Made by a program: the position numbers and the translations under genes. The notes under the pieces were generated by a model that worked only from the letters and a program-made list of their open reading frames with translations, did not search any database and had not been told where the DNA came from. A stretch of DNA of 60,633 nucleotides from Macrostomum lignano (taxonomy: Eukaryota). Location: the NCBI GenBank assembly GCA_002269645.1, contig NIVC01002051.1, positions 1 to 60,633 on the forward strand, given 5' to 3'. Positions 41,501 through 55,888 of this stretch are shown here, one piece after another (within the stretch, counting starts at the first letter, position 1; each line of letters begins with the position of its first letter).

Positions 41501-44500
41501 ACACATCCAGATGTTCTACCTCGATGCTGGACTAGCTCACTTTCTAGGAATATGTTCTGATTGCATTCTAACAAACTGAAGCATTCTCGGCACTAAACTT
41601 TCTCGGCGGCTCTGAGAGCCAGAGCCTCAAACAGACAGAGAAATCTGTTCGAGTTGTGTCTGTAGGTTAGGTGGACCAGCTACTCCACAGCACTTCTAGG
41701 CGATAATCTGAGCCAGGAGTCTCCGAGAGACTTTCGTTACACATCCAGATGTTCTGCTTGATGCTGGACTAGCTCACTTTCTAGGAATCTGTTCTGATTG
41801 CATTCTAACAAACTGAAGCATTCTCGACTAAACTTTCTCGGCGGCTCTGAGATCCAGAGCCTCAAACAGAACAGAGAAATCTGTTCGAGTTGTGTCTGTA
41901 GGTTAGGTGGACCAGCTATTCTACAGCACTTCTAGGCGATAATCTGAGCCAGGAATCTCCGAGAGCCTCTCGTTACACATCCAGATGTTCTGCCTTGATG
42001 CATGGACTAGCTCACTTTCTAGGAATCTGTTCTGATTGCATTCTAACAAACTGAAGCATTCTCGGCACTAAACTTTCTCGGCGGCTCTGAGATCCAGAGC
42101 CTCAAACAGACAGAGAAATCTGTTCGAGTTGTGTCTGTAGGTTAGGTGGACGGAGCTACTCCACAGCACTTCTAGGCGATAATCTGAGCCAGGAGTCTCC
42201 GAGAGACTTTCGTTACACATCCAGAATGTTCTGCCTTGATGCTGGACTAGCTCACTTTCTAGGAATCTGTTCTGATTGCATTCTAACAAACTGAAGCATT
42301 CTCGGCACTAAACTTTCTCGGCGGCTCTGAGAGCCAGAGCCCTAAACAGACAGAGAAATCTGTTCGAGTTGTGTCTGTAGTTAGGTGGACCAGCTACTCC
42401 ACAGCACTTCTAGGCGATAATCTGAGCCAGGAATCTCCGAGAGCCTCTCGTTACACATCCAGATGTTCTGCCTTGATGCTGGACTAGCTCACTTTCTAGA
42501 ATATGTTCTGATTGCATTCTAACAAACTGAAGCATTTTCTGCACTAAACTTTCTCGGCGGCTCTGAGAGCCAGAGCCTTAAACAGACAGAGAAATCTGTT
42601 CGAGTTGTGTCTGTAGGTTAGGTGGACCAGCTACTGAGAGCCAAAGCCTCAAACAGACTGAGAGAGCTGCTTCAGTTGTGTCTGTAGGTTATGTGGACCA
42701 CCTAAGAGCCAGAGCCCTAAACAGACAGAGAAATCTGTTCGAGTTGTGTCTGTAGGTTAGGTGGACAGCTACTCCAAAGCACTTCTAGGCGATAATCTGA
42801 GCCAGGAATCTCCGAGAGCCTCTCGTTACACATCCAGATGTTCTACCTCGATGCTGGACTAGCTCACTTTCTAGGAATATGTTCTGATTGCATTCTAACA
42901 AACTGAAGCATTCTCGGCACTAAACTTTCTCGGCGGCTCTGAGAGCCAGAGCCTCAAACAGACAGAGAAATCTGTTCGAGTTGTGTCTGTAGGTTAGGTG
43001 GACCAGCTACTCCACAGCACTTCTAGGCGATAATCTGAGCCAGGAGTCTTCCGAGAGACTTTGCGTTACACATCCAGATGTTCTGCCTTGATGCTGGACT
43101 AGCTCACTTTCTAGGAATCTGTTCTGATTGCATTCTAACAAACTGAAGCATTCTCGCACTAAACTTTCTCGGCGGCTCTGAGATCCAGAGCCTCAAACAG
43201 ACAGAGAAATCTGTTCGAGTTGTGTCTGTAGGTTAGGTGGACCAGCTATTCTACAGCACTTCTAGGCGATAATCTGAGCCAGGAATCTCCGAGAGCCTCT
43301 CGTTACACATCCAGATGTTCTGCCTTGATGCTGGACTAGCTCACTTTCTAGGAATCTGTTCTGATTGCATTCTAACAAACTGAAGCATTCTCGGCACTAA
43401 ACTTTCTCGGCGGCTCTGAGATCCAGAGCCTCAAACAGACAGAGAAATCTGTTCGAGTTGTGTCTGTAGGTTAGGTGGACCAGCTACTCCACAGCACTTT
43501 TAGGCGATAATCTGAGCCAGGAGTCTCCGAGAGACTTTCGTTACACATCCAGATGTTCTGCCTTGATGCTGGACTAGCTCACTTTCTAGGAATCTGTTCT
43601 GATTGCATTCTAACAAACTGAAGCATTCTCGGCACTAAACTTTCTCGGCGGCTCTGAGAGCCAGAGCCTCAAACAGACAGAGAAATCTGTTCGAGTTGTG
43701 TCTGTAGGTTAGGTGGACCAGCTACTCCACAGCACTCTAGGCGATAATCTGAGCCAGGAGTCTCGAGAGACTTTCGTTACACATCCAGATGTTCTGCCTT
43801 GATGCTGGACTAGCTCACTTTCTAGGAATATGTTCTGATTGCATTCTAACAAACTGAAGCATTTTCTGCACTAAACTTTCTCGGCGGCTCTGAGAGCCAG
43901 AGCCTTAAACAGACAGAGAAATCTGTTCGAGTTGTGTCTGTAGGTTAGGTGGACCAGCTACTGAGAGCCAAAGCCTCAAACAGACTGAGAGAGCTGCTTC
44001 AGTTGTGTCTGTAGGTTATGTGGACCACCTAAGAGCCAGAGCCTCAAACAGACAGAGAAATCTGTTCGAGTTGTGTCTGTAGGTTAGGTGGACCAGCTAC
44101 TCCACAGCACTTCTAGGCGATAATCTGAGCCAGGAGTCTCCGAGAGACTTTCGTTACACATCCAGATGTTCTGCCTTGATGCTGGACTAGCTCACTTTCT
44201 AGGAATCTGTTCTGATTGCATTCTAACAAACTGAAGCATTCTCGGCACTAAACTTTCTCGGCGGCTCTGAGATCCAGAGCCTCAAACAGACAGAGAAATC
44301 TGTTCGAGTTGTGTCTGTAGGTTAGGTGGACCAGCTACTCCACAGCACTTCTAGGCGATAATCTGAGCCAGGAGTCTCCGAGAGACTTTCGTTACACATC
44401 CAGATGTTCTGCCTTGATGCTGGACTAGCTCACTTTCTAGGAATCTGTTCTGATTGCATTCTAACAAACTGAAGCATTCTCGGCACTAAACTTTCTCGGC

Positions 44501-47500
44501 GGCTCTGAGAGCCAGAGCCTCAAACAGACAGAGAAATCTGTTCGAGTTGTGTCTGTAGGTTAGGTGGACCAGCTATTCTACAGCACTTCTAGGCGATAAT
44601 CTGAGCCAGGAATCTCCGAGAGCCTCTCGTTACACATCCAGATGTTCTACCTCGATGCTGGACTAGCTCACTTTCTAGGAATCTGTTCTGATTGCATTCT
44701 AACAAACTGAAGCATTCTCGGCACTAAACTTTCTCGGCGGCTCTGAGAGCCAGAGCCTCAAACAGACAGAGAAATCTGTTCGAGTTGTGTCTGTAGGTTA
44801 GGTGGACCAGCTACTGAGAGCCAAAGCCTCAAACAGACTGAGAGAGCTGCTTCAGTTGTGTCTGTAGGTTATGTGGACCACCTAAGAGCCAGAGCCCTAA
44901 ACAGACAGAGAAATCTGTTCGAGTTGTGTCTGTAGGTTAGGTGGACCAGCTACTCCACAGCACTTCTAGGCGATAATCTGAGCCAGGAATCTCCGAGAGC
45001 CTCTCGTTACACATCCAGATGTTCTGCCTTGATGCTGGACTAGCTCACTTTCTAGGAATATGTTCTGATTGCATTCTAACAAACTGAAGCATTTTCTGCA
45101 CTAAACTTTCTCGGCGGCTCTGAGAGCCAGAGCCTTAAACAGACAGAGAAATCTGTTCGAGTTGTGTCTGTAGGTTAGGTGGACCAGCTACTGAGAGCCA
45201 AAGCCTCAAACAGACTGAGAGAGCTGCTTCAGTTGTGTCTGTAGGTTATGTGGACCACCTAAGAGCCAGAGCCCTAAACAGACAGAGAAATCTGTTCGAG
45301 TTGTGTCTGTAGGTTAGGTGGACCAGCTACTCCACAGCACTTCTAGGCGATAATCTGAGCCAGGAGTCTCCGAGAGACTTTCGTTACACATCCAGATGTT
45401 CTGCCTTGATGCTGGACTAGCTCACTTTCTAGGAATCTGTTCTGATTGCATTCTAACAAACTGAAGCATTCTCGGCACTAAACTTTCTCGGCGGCTCTGA
45501 GAGCCAGAGCCTCAAACAGACAGAGAAATCTGTTCGAGTTGTGTCTGTAGGTTAGGTGGACCAGCTATTCTACAGCACTTCTAGGCGATAATCTGAGCCA
45601 GGAATCTCCGAGAGCCTCTCGTTACACATCCAGATGTTCTACCTCGATGCTGGACTAGCTCACTTTCTAGGAATCTGTTCTGATTGCATTCTAACAAACT
45701 GAAGCATTCTCGGCACTAAACTTTCTCGGCGGCTCTGAGAGCCAGAGCCTCAAACAGACAGAGAAATCTGTTCGAGTTGTGTCTGTAGGTTAGGTGGACC
45801 AGCTACTGAGAGCCAAAGCCTCAAACAGACTGAGAGAGCTGCTTCAGTTGTGTCTGTAGGTTATGTGGACCACCTAAGAGCCAGAGCCCTAAACAGACAG
45901 AGAAATCTGTTCGAGTTGTGTCTGTAGGTTAGGTGGACCAGCTACTCCACAGCACTTCTAGGCGATAATCTGAGCCAGGAATCTCCGAGAGCCTCTCGTT
46001 ACACATCCAGATGTTCTGCCTTGATGCTGGACTAGCTCACTTTCTAGGAATATGTTCTGATTGCATTCTAACAAACTGAAGCATTTTCTGCACTAAACTT
46101 TCTCGGCGGCTCTGAGAGCCAGAGCCTTAAACAGACAGAGAAATCTGTTCGAGTTGTGTCTGTAGGTTAGGTGGACCAGCTACTGAGAGCCAAAGCCTCA
46201 AACAGACTGAGAGAGCTGCTTCAGTTGTGTCTGTAGGTTATGTGGACCACCTAAGAGCCAGAGCCCTAAACAGACAGAGAAATCTGTTCGAGTTGTGTCT
46301 GTAGGTTAGGTGGACCAGCTACTCCAAAGCACTTCTAGGCGATAATCTGAGCCAGGAATCTCCGAGAGCCTCTCGTTACACATCCAGATGTTCTACCTCG
46401 ATGCTGGACTAGCTCACTTTCTAGGAATATGTTCTGATTGCATTCTAACAAACTGAAGCATTCTCGGCACTAAACTTTCTCGGCGGCTCTGAGAGCCAGA
46501 GCCTCAAACAGACAGAGAAATCTGTTCGAGTTGTGTCTGTAGGTTAGGTGGACCAGCTACTCCACAGCACTTCTAGGCGATAATCTGAGCCAGGAGTCTC
46601 CGAGAGACTTTCGTTACACATCCAGATGTTCTGCCTTGATGCTGGACTAGCTCACTTTCTAGGAATCTGTTCTGATTGCATTCTAACAAACTGAAGCATT
46701 CTCGGCACTAAACTTTCTCGGCGGCTCTGAGATCCAGAGCCTCAAACAGACAGAGAAATCTGTTCGAGTTGTGTCTGTAGGTTAGGTGGACCAGCTATTC
46801 TACAGCACTTCTAGGCGATAATCTGAGCCAGGAATCTCGAGAGCCTCTCGTTACACATCCAGATGTTCTGCCTTGATGCTGGACTAGCTCACTTTCTAGG
46901 AATCTGTTCTGATTGCATTCTAACAAACTGAAGCATTCTCGGCACTAAACTTTCTCGGCGGCTCTGAGATCCAGAGCCTCAAACAGACAGAGAAATCTGT
47001 TCGAGTTGTGTCTGTAGGTTAGGTGGACCAGCTACTCCACAGCACTTCTAGGCGATAATCTGAGCCAGGAGTCTCCGAGAGACTTTCGTTACACATCCAG
47101 ATGTTCTGCCTTGATGCTGGACTAGCTCACTTTCTAGGAATCTGTTCTGATTGCATTCTAACAAACTGAAGCATTCTCGGCACTAAACTTTCTCGGCGGC
47201 TCTGAGAGCCAGAGCCTCAAACAGACAGAGAAATCTGTTCGAGTTGTGTCTGTAGGTTAGGTGGACCAGCTACTCCACAGCACTTCTAGGCGATAATCTG
47301 AGCCAGGAGTCTCCGAGAGACTTTCGTTACACATCCAGATGTTCTGCCTTGATGCTGGACTAGCTCACTTTCTAGGAATATGTTCTGATTGCATTCTAAC
47401 AAACTGAAGCATTTTCTGCACTAAACTTTCTCGGCGGCTCTGAGAGCCAGAGCCTTAAACAGACAGAGAAATCTGTTCGAGTTGTGTCTGTAGGTTAGGT

Positions 47501-50500
47501 GGACCAGCTACTGAGAGCCAAAGCCTCAAACAGACTGAGAGAGCTGCTTCAGTTGTGTCTGTAGGTTATGTGGACCACCTAAGAGCCAGAGCCTCAAACA
47601 GACAGAGAAATCTGTTCGAGTTGTGTCTGTAGGTTAGGTGGACCAGCTACTCCACAGCACTTCTAGGCGATAATCTGAGCCAGGAGTCTCCGAGAGACTT
47701 TCGTTACACATCCAGATGTTCTGCCTTGATGCTGGACTAGCTCACTTTCTAGGAATCTGTTCTGATTGCATTCTAACAAACTGAAGCATTCTCGGCACTA
47801 AACTTTCTCGGCGGCTCTGAGATCCAGAGCCTCAAACAGACAGAGAAATCTGTTCGAGTTGTGTCTGTAGGTTAGGTGGACCAGCTACTCCACAGCACTT
47901 CTAGGCGATAATCTGAGCCAGGAGTCTCCGAGAGACTTTCGTTACACATCCAGATGTTCTGCCTTGATGCTGGACTAGCTCACTTTCTAGGAATCTGTTC
48001 TGATTGCATTCTAACAAACTGAAGCATTCTCGGCACTAAACTTTCTCGGCGGCTCTGAGAGCCAGAGCCTCAAACAGACAGAGAAATCTGTTCGAGTTGT
48101 GTCTGTAGGTTAGGTGGACCAGCTATTCTACAGCACTTCTAGGCGATAATCTGAGCCAGGAATCTCCGAGAGCCTCTCGTTACACATCCAGATGTTCTAC
48201 CTCGATGCTGGACTAGCTCACTTTCTAGGAATCTGTTCTGATTGCATTCTAACAAACTGAAGCATTCTCGGCACTAAACTTTCTCGGCGGCTCTGAGAGC
48301 CAGAGCCTCAAACAGACAGAGAAATCTGTTCGAGTTGTGTCTGTAGGTTAGGTGGACCAGCTACTGAGAGCCAAAGCCTCAAACAGACTGAGAGAGCTGC
48401 TTCAGTTGTGTCTGTAGGTTATGTGGACCACCTAAGAGCCAGAGCCCTAAACAGACAGAGAAATCTGTTCGAGTTGTGTCTGTAGGTTAGGTGGACCAGC
48501 TACTCCACAGCACTTCTAGGCGATAATCTGAGCCAGGAATCTCCGAGAGCCTCTCGTTACACATCCAGATGTTCTGCCTTGATGCTGGACTAGCTCACTT
48601 TCTAGGAATATGTTCTGATTGCATTCTAACAAACTGAAGCATTTTCTGCACTAAACTTTCTCGGCGGCTCTGAGAGCCAGAGCCTTAAACAGACAGAGAA
48701 ATCTGTTCGAGTTGTGTCTGTAGGTTAGGTGGACCAGCTACTGAGAGCCAAAGCCTCAAACAGACTGAGAGAGCTGATTCAGTTGTGTCTGTAGGTTAGG
48801 TGGACCAGCTTCTCTACAGCAATTGAGTTGCAGGCCCTGCAGCTAGCTACTTTGAGATCATCAAACGAAACTCACTTTTCTGGACTCGGTGTCGACGGAT
48901 TTGCGAGCAGACTGATGATTTTCACCAGGCGATGCGGCTTCTTCGATTTCGCAGTGGCTTTTTGCGACGGTGTTTTTTTAGTTTTTATTTTAGGCTTGGC
49001 GTCCTTTTTTGCGGGTTATCATATCTTGGTTGTAGATTACAGTTTTTGGCACAATAAATTTATATGTGGATGAAACTTGGAGTAAGGATTAACATTAGAC
49101 CTATTAAGTATAAAAAAGCGTTCTAATCTATACAATTGCAATCCTTTAGAGTTGTATAGTATGGATTATAAGTACTTTCTTTTAAACTGTCTGTGTCTGG
49201 TCTCACTACGCCATGGTTTACGTGGACCACCCGCTTAGACATTATATATCCCTCTCTCCACTGTCTTACCTTCAGAACGCTTGCGGGTTTCCTATTGGCT
49301 GCGGTCGGTCCCATTGTTGGGGTGGATCTATCCTCCTAAGTGTTAACCAGCCAATTATAGAAAGGGAGGTCTGTCTGTCTGTCTGTCCCAACCCTATACT
49401 CCTGCACATGTGTTTACGTGGACCAAACAGACAGTGAGTGTTAGGCTGACTGTTAATGCGTTCTTAGTTTTACTGGGACCGCAATCAAGTCGACCTTTTG
49501 CTAGAGAGTCAGAGACCCGATCGCTAGCTAAAAGGCCCTTCTTAATTGCGTCCTCTTGATCAAATCTTTTGCATGTACATGTATGAATTGTCCTTTTCAA
49601 TTAGGTAAATTGCATCTTCAACTTTGCACTTGAAAGGCTGCAGCTTAGGATCTTCTTCTTCCAACATTGGAGGAGGATAGAACAGGATATCCCATAGTGT
49701 TTAGGATAGAATTGGCAAGCACTTAATTCATGAAGTTGCTATTTTCTTCTTGTGTAATGGTAGAGCCTCAGAAATTCGCATTTACACAGTGTGGCTATCA
49801 AGGACCACTGGGAGTTCTTGAGAAGTCATTGAAGAATACTATTTAAGCTTCACTTAAATATCTTTCTTGTCTCGGAGTCTTTATCGTTTGATCTGGTTAG
49901 CGAATTGGATTTCTTTACGTTGGTGTCTTACTCTGTGAGTCTGTGCTCAGAGTACGATACCGGAATTGCTGGAACTGAGCTAATTAAATGGAGTTTAAAG
50001 TTTACTGTATCAAATTCATTTCGCATACGAGGTTTCAGAATTTTTAATTAACCTGCGCACCTACTTGAATGTCAAAGAACTGAACGCATATTGTTTTAAA
50101 GCCAGTAGCGGTCATAATATGATGCCAACATAGCCCTTTGTTCGTAAGGTAATGATCTGTAAAAAATTCAGTTTTGCATTGAATCTATGCTTAATAACTG
50201 CTATACACAAACAGACACAAACAGACACAAACAGACACAAACAGACGATTTCGAAAAATTTTCTGAAATTTTTCGGTTTACGTGGACCAGACTCGCTCGG
50301 TTTAGGTAGACCAGGCTGGAGGTCCAGCTAAACTGAAATGCAAATAACTTTGGCAAAATCCATGCTAGACATCCCAAAATTGCTTAAGCCTTTCTTGACC
50401 CGCCTGACATTAATGTGAGATCCTCATCAACGTCTTAACCCCACCAGAGACAAAATTATTTGGTGGTCCACCTAAGTGGTCTACCTACACCGGTTGGTCC

Positions 50501-50555
50501 AGCTAACGAGGCTACTGAACTTCCAAAAAGTCCACGTAAACACACAGACAGTAGA
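35558..50555. mobile_element. Satellite-carrying TIR element, copy 2 (14,987 bp TIR to TIR)
   Basis: TIRs at 35566-35581 and 50537-50552. Arms A and B are virtually identical to copy 1 (offsets 17,632 and 18,943; identical ORF-track entries 30180/49123, 30270/49213, 30451/49394). Confidence 0.75.
36632..48820. repeat. 238-bp satellite array (copy 2), about 1.3 kb longer than copy 1
   Basis: Same monomer and short cassettes. Shares private variants with copy 1 (GA deletion at ~19760/37390, GGTTTAGG at ~20641/38272, TTACAATCC at ~21091/38722). Confidence 0.98.
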
Positions 50556-51870
<1,315 letters not shown>

Positions 51871-52425
51871 GTCTCCAATTTCCATCTCGCCGGGCCGGGC
51901 GCAGCTGCGCTCGGTGCGACAGTAATGAAGGCTGCCTAATGCAATAAAACCAGCATTTCAGCCGCTCCCTGACAACCCCAGCTCGAGCCCGCTCCCCTCC
52001 CCGCCCCGTCCCCCATCCGTCCGGGCCATTGGGACGGAGGTTCTGTGCTCGACACAGAAAATAATTAGAACTCCAAGATGAGTTGTGCAGAGGCAATAAG
52101 GCCTGGCCAAGAGCGGGCTGCATAGCGAAGGAGTGGGCGCGCATCGAATCTCCGCAAAGGTCGCGCAAAGACAGCAACCAAAAAGGGATGGAAGAAATAA
52201 TTCCTCACATTTTATTTTATCTTTTTTAAGAAAAGAATTTATTCCAAAGAGACGGTCGGGGATGAACTTCAAGTTGGCGACTTTCCGGGTAATCTCACAG
52301 GATTATCTGCGGGTACTTGGTACTTTGAGATTCGTGAAATTGCCAAATTATCAGAACAGAGATTTAGTTAACTGTCTGGATAGTCTTCAATTTTGGTTCG
52401 CTAATTAAAGCCACGTAAAGAGAAC

Positions 52426-53174
52426 TCCCCTTAGTGTCCTTCAGTAGCCCTGCTACCCGAACCCGGAATTCCCCTTAGTGTCCTTCAGTAGCCCTGCTAC
52501 CCGAACCCGAAATTCCCCTTAGTGTCCTTCAGTAGCCCTGCTACCCGAACCCGAAATTCCCCTTAGTGTCCTTCAGTAGCCCTGCTACCCGAACCCGAAA
52601 TTCCCCTTAGTGTCCTTCAGTAGCCCTGCTACCCGAACCCGGAATTCCCCTTTAGTGTCCTTCAGTAGCCCTGCTACCCGAACCCGGAATTCCCCTTAGT
52701 GTCCTTCAGTAGCCCTGCTACCCGAACCCGGAATTCCCCTTAGTGTCCTTCAGTAGCCCTGCTACCCGAACCCGGAATTCCCCTTAGTGTCCTTCAGTAG
52801 CCCTGCTACCCGAACCCGAAATTCCCCTTTAGTGTCCTTCAGTAGCCCTGCTACCCGAACCCGGAATTCCCCTTAGTGTCCTTCAGTAGCCCTGCTACCC
52901 GAACCCGGAATTCCCCTTAGTGTCCTTCAGTAGCCCTGCTACCCGAACCCGGAATTCCCCTTAGTGTCCTTCAGTAGCCCTGCTACCCGAACCCGGAATT
53001 CCCCTTAGTGTCCTTCAGTAGCCCTGCTACCCGAACCCGGAATTCCCCTTAGTGTCCTTCAGTAGCCCTGCTACCCGAACCCGGAATTCCCCTTAGTGTC
53101 CTTCAGTAGCCCTGCTACCCGAACCCGGAATTCCCCTTAGTGTCCTTCAGTAGCCCTGCTACCCGAACCCGGAA
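52426..53174. repeat. 44-bp minisatellite, about 17 near-identical copies
   Basis: TTCCCCTTAGTGTCCTTCAGTAGCCCTGCTACCCGAACCCGGAA. Confidence 0.97.
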
Positions 53175-53466
53175 GTCCCGCTCCCAAAGTCATTTAATGT
53201 TACCTCCAGGACGACTATTTATTTCTGAATATAAAATTTTAAATAACCTCAACAATGCTTAAATAAATACAAGTAATTCCATTTTACATCTGTTGCAATA
53301 TATTTCAAGCAATATTCGAATTTTTAGATAGTTCTAAATCTTTAATCTAAATCTAAATTTTTAGATAGTTCCCGCCTCTCACCGACGGGAGAAAAACGAC
53401 TGTTGCTTAACAATGTTATATTGCATCCATGATATTACAGCATTATAGGGATGTTATATCCCTGCA

Positions 53467-53997
53467 CTGTGAGGCGCCTCTCACCCCCACCCCTCTTCTG
53501 TGAGGCGCCTCTCACCCCCACCCCTCTTCTGTGAGGCGCCTCTCACCCCCACCCCTCTTCTGTGAGGCGCCTCTCACCCCCACCCCTCTTCTGTGAGGCG
53601 CCTCTCACCCCACCCCTCTTCTGTGAGGCGCCTCTCACCCCCACCCCTCTTCTGTGAGGCGCCTCTCACCCCACCCCTCTTCTGTGAGGCGCCTCTCACC
53701 CCCACCCCTCTTCTGTGAGGCGCCTCTCACCCCCACCCCTCTTCTGTGAGGCGCCTCTCACCCCACCCCTCTTCTGTGAGGCGCCTCTCACCCCACCCCT
53801 CTTCTGTGAGGCGCCTCTCACCCCCACCCCTGTTCTGTGAGGCGCCTCTCACCCCCACCTCTGTTCTGTGCGGCGCCTCTCACCCTCACCCCTATTCTGT
53901 GAGGCGCCTCTCACCCCCACCCATATTCTGTGAGGCGCCTCTCACCCCCACCTCTGTTCTGTGCGGCGCCTCTCACCCTCACCCCTGTTCTGTGATG
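53467..53997. repeat. 30-31 bp minisatellite, about 17 copies, degenerating rightward
   Basis: CTGTGAGGCGCCTCTCACCCCCACCCCTCTT. Confidence 0.96.
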
Positions 53998-54487
53998 CGC
54001 TTCTTACTAAAGACTGGGTCAAAAAACAGTTACAGGATAAGAAGAGTTTGCGAGACAATGCAGCACTATAGGGGCGCCTTCCATTTCTAGACTGCCATAA
54101 ACAGACCTGGCTGCTGGGCCCTTGGGGAACGCATTAATAATTTAAGCGGTTGCTCCATTACGGGCAATGATAAGGTGCGCTAAGTTCAGCTTCCTTGATC
54201 CGACGATTCGCTGGATTAGACTTCCGGACAGCAGAAGCATTTCGCTGCAAAATGCATTAGCGAGATAGCAAATATTCCAGCTTGCTATTTCTATCGTTTT
54301 TGAATGCTGCTAAATTGGTTTTTGCCATGGACAAGCTCGGTCCAGAAAAAATACACAAAACTTTGCCCTGTTTTGCTGGCCTGTTTTAGCATTCTTTCAT
54401 CTTTAATTTGAGAAACTCTGAGAATCTCCATTACTTGCTTCAGTGTACGAGGTGATTGCAAGTGATTCGTAAGTCCATAAGATAAGA

Positions 54488-55212
54488 CAGGGGTCGGCAA
54501 ACTGTTTATCTCAAGGGGGGTCAGGTAGAGGGTCTGGATAATTGCTGCTGGCGAGATGAGAGAGGAAGAGGGAAAACAAGAGAGAAGAGGAAAGAGGAGA
54601 GGAGAGAGATGAGAAGAGAGGAGAGAGATGAGAAGAGAGGAGAGAGATGAGAAGAGAGGAGAGAGATGAGAAGAGAGGAGAGAGGAGAGGAGAAAGAGGA
54701 AAGGAGAGATATTAGAAGAAAGAAGAGAGAGGGGAGAGGAGAAGAGAAATATGAGAGGAGAGGGGAGAGATGAGATGAGAGGAGATCGGAGAGAGATGAG
54801 AAGAGAAAGATAAGAGGAGAGGAGAGATGAGAGGAGAGAGAGGAGAGGAGAGAAATGAGAGGAGAGAGACGAGAGGAGAGGAGAGAGGAGAGGAGAGGAG
54901 AAATATGAGAGAGAGAGAGATTAGAGGAAAGAGGAGGGAAAATGAGAGAGATGAGAGTAGATGAGAGAAATTAGAGGAAAGAGAAAAGAGGAGAGGAGAG
55001 AAATGAGAGTAGAGCAGGGAGATAAAGGAGATGAGAGAGGAGAGAGATTAGAGGAAAGAGGAGAGGTTAGAGGAGAGAGATGAGAGAAGAGAGGAGAGAA
55101 GAGGGCTGAAAAGAGACACAAATCCTGAGCGGGCCGGATTGCTATTGTGAAGTTTCAAAGGACCCGAAGGCCGGATAGAGAGGCTTCACGGGCCGGAGTT
55201 GGCCGACCCCTG
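54488..55212. mobile_element. hAT-family MITE with GA-rich interior
   Basis: TIRs CAGGGGTCGGCAAAC (54488-54502) and GTTGGCCGACCCCTG (55198-55212), 14/15 match. 8-bp flanks AGATAAGA/AGGAAAGA (6/8). GGGCCGG subterminal repeats. Purine-rich GAGAG tract at ~54556-55120. Confidence 0.85.
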
Positions 55213-55276
55213 AGGAAAGATATCATAAATTTCCTATGAGCGTCCTTCCGCTGTAGAAGCTGGTGGTTGTTCGCTG

Positions 55277-55843
55277 TCAGACCGCGGACTCGCCCTCCAT
55301 CAGCGGTCGGGCGGCTCTCTCGGGCCCGCTGGCACCGGGTTGCAACCCGGACTGGCCCAGCTTTGAGTGCGGCTGCACGCAGCGCAGCTGCACCGCCGTG
55401 TCCGCGGCCGCCTCCGCCGCTGTCCCCATCAGCCGGGCGGCCCGGCGGCGTCGTTTTGCGGCTACGCCGGGCAGAAATATTCGGAGAAACGCGTCGCGAA
55501 ACTGAGAGCTCATGCCGTAGAGCCAGAAGAAGTTGCTAGCGGAGCTGATCAGCACCAGCAGGTCCATGAGGTTGCCCAGCTGCCGGTAGACTGTCTCCAG
55601 GACGCAGATGTCCGCTGCGGCCGCCAGGTTGAGGCAGCCCTGAGGAAATTCCGTGACGGTGAAGGTGGCCACCACAGCAACCAGCAGGACGGTGGTGCGA
55701 GTGTGCTCACGGAACCGGTGCGCTTCTCGGCTGCTGACCGGCTGCTGCTGCTTATTGTTCGACTTCAGCCGTCTGCGGCGGTTCGCGATCTGTTGGGGGT
55801 TGGGGTGGGATAGGCCGGGCATCAAGCCAGCATCCTGCATCGC
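55277..55843 (-). CDS. Class A peptide GPCR (Srw / myosuppressin-receptor-like), terminal exon with ICL3, TM6, TM7 and tail
   Basis: Acceptor ccacAG at 55845-55844. Reads RRRRL...EHTRTTVLLVAVVATFTVTEFPQG (TM6) and GNLMDLLVLISSASNFFWLYGMSSQFRDAF (TM7/helix 8), matching the family pattern RTT.ML.......EFPQG / MD.L.L.N...NF..Y..MS.QFR..F. Confidence 0.85.
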   Translation of the reverse strand, partial: AMQDAGLMPGLSHPNPQQIANRRRRLKSNNKQQQPVSSREAHRFREHTRTTVLLVAVVATFTVTEFPQGCLNLAAAADICVLETVYRQLGNLMDLLVLISSASNFFWLYGMSSQFRDAFLRIFLPGVAAKRRRRAARLMGTAAEAAADTAVQLRCVQPHSKLGQSGLQPGASGPERAARPLMEGESAV

Positions 55844-55888
55844 CTGTGGATTCCCTCAGGTGTGAGAAAGCAGTCTCCCAGTCACCTT

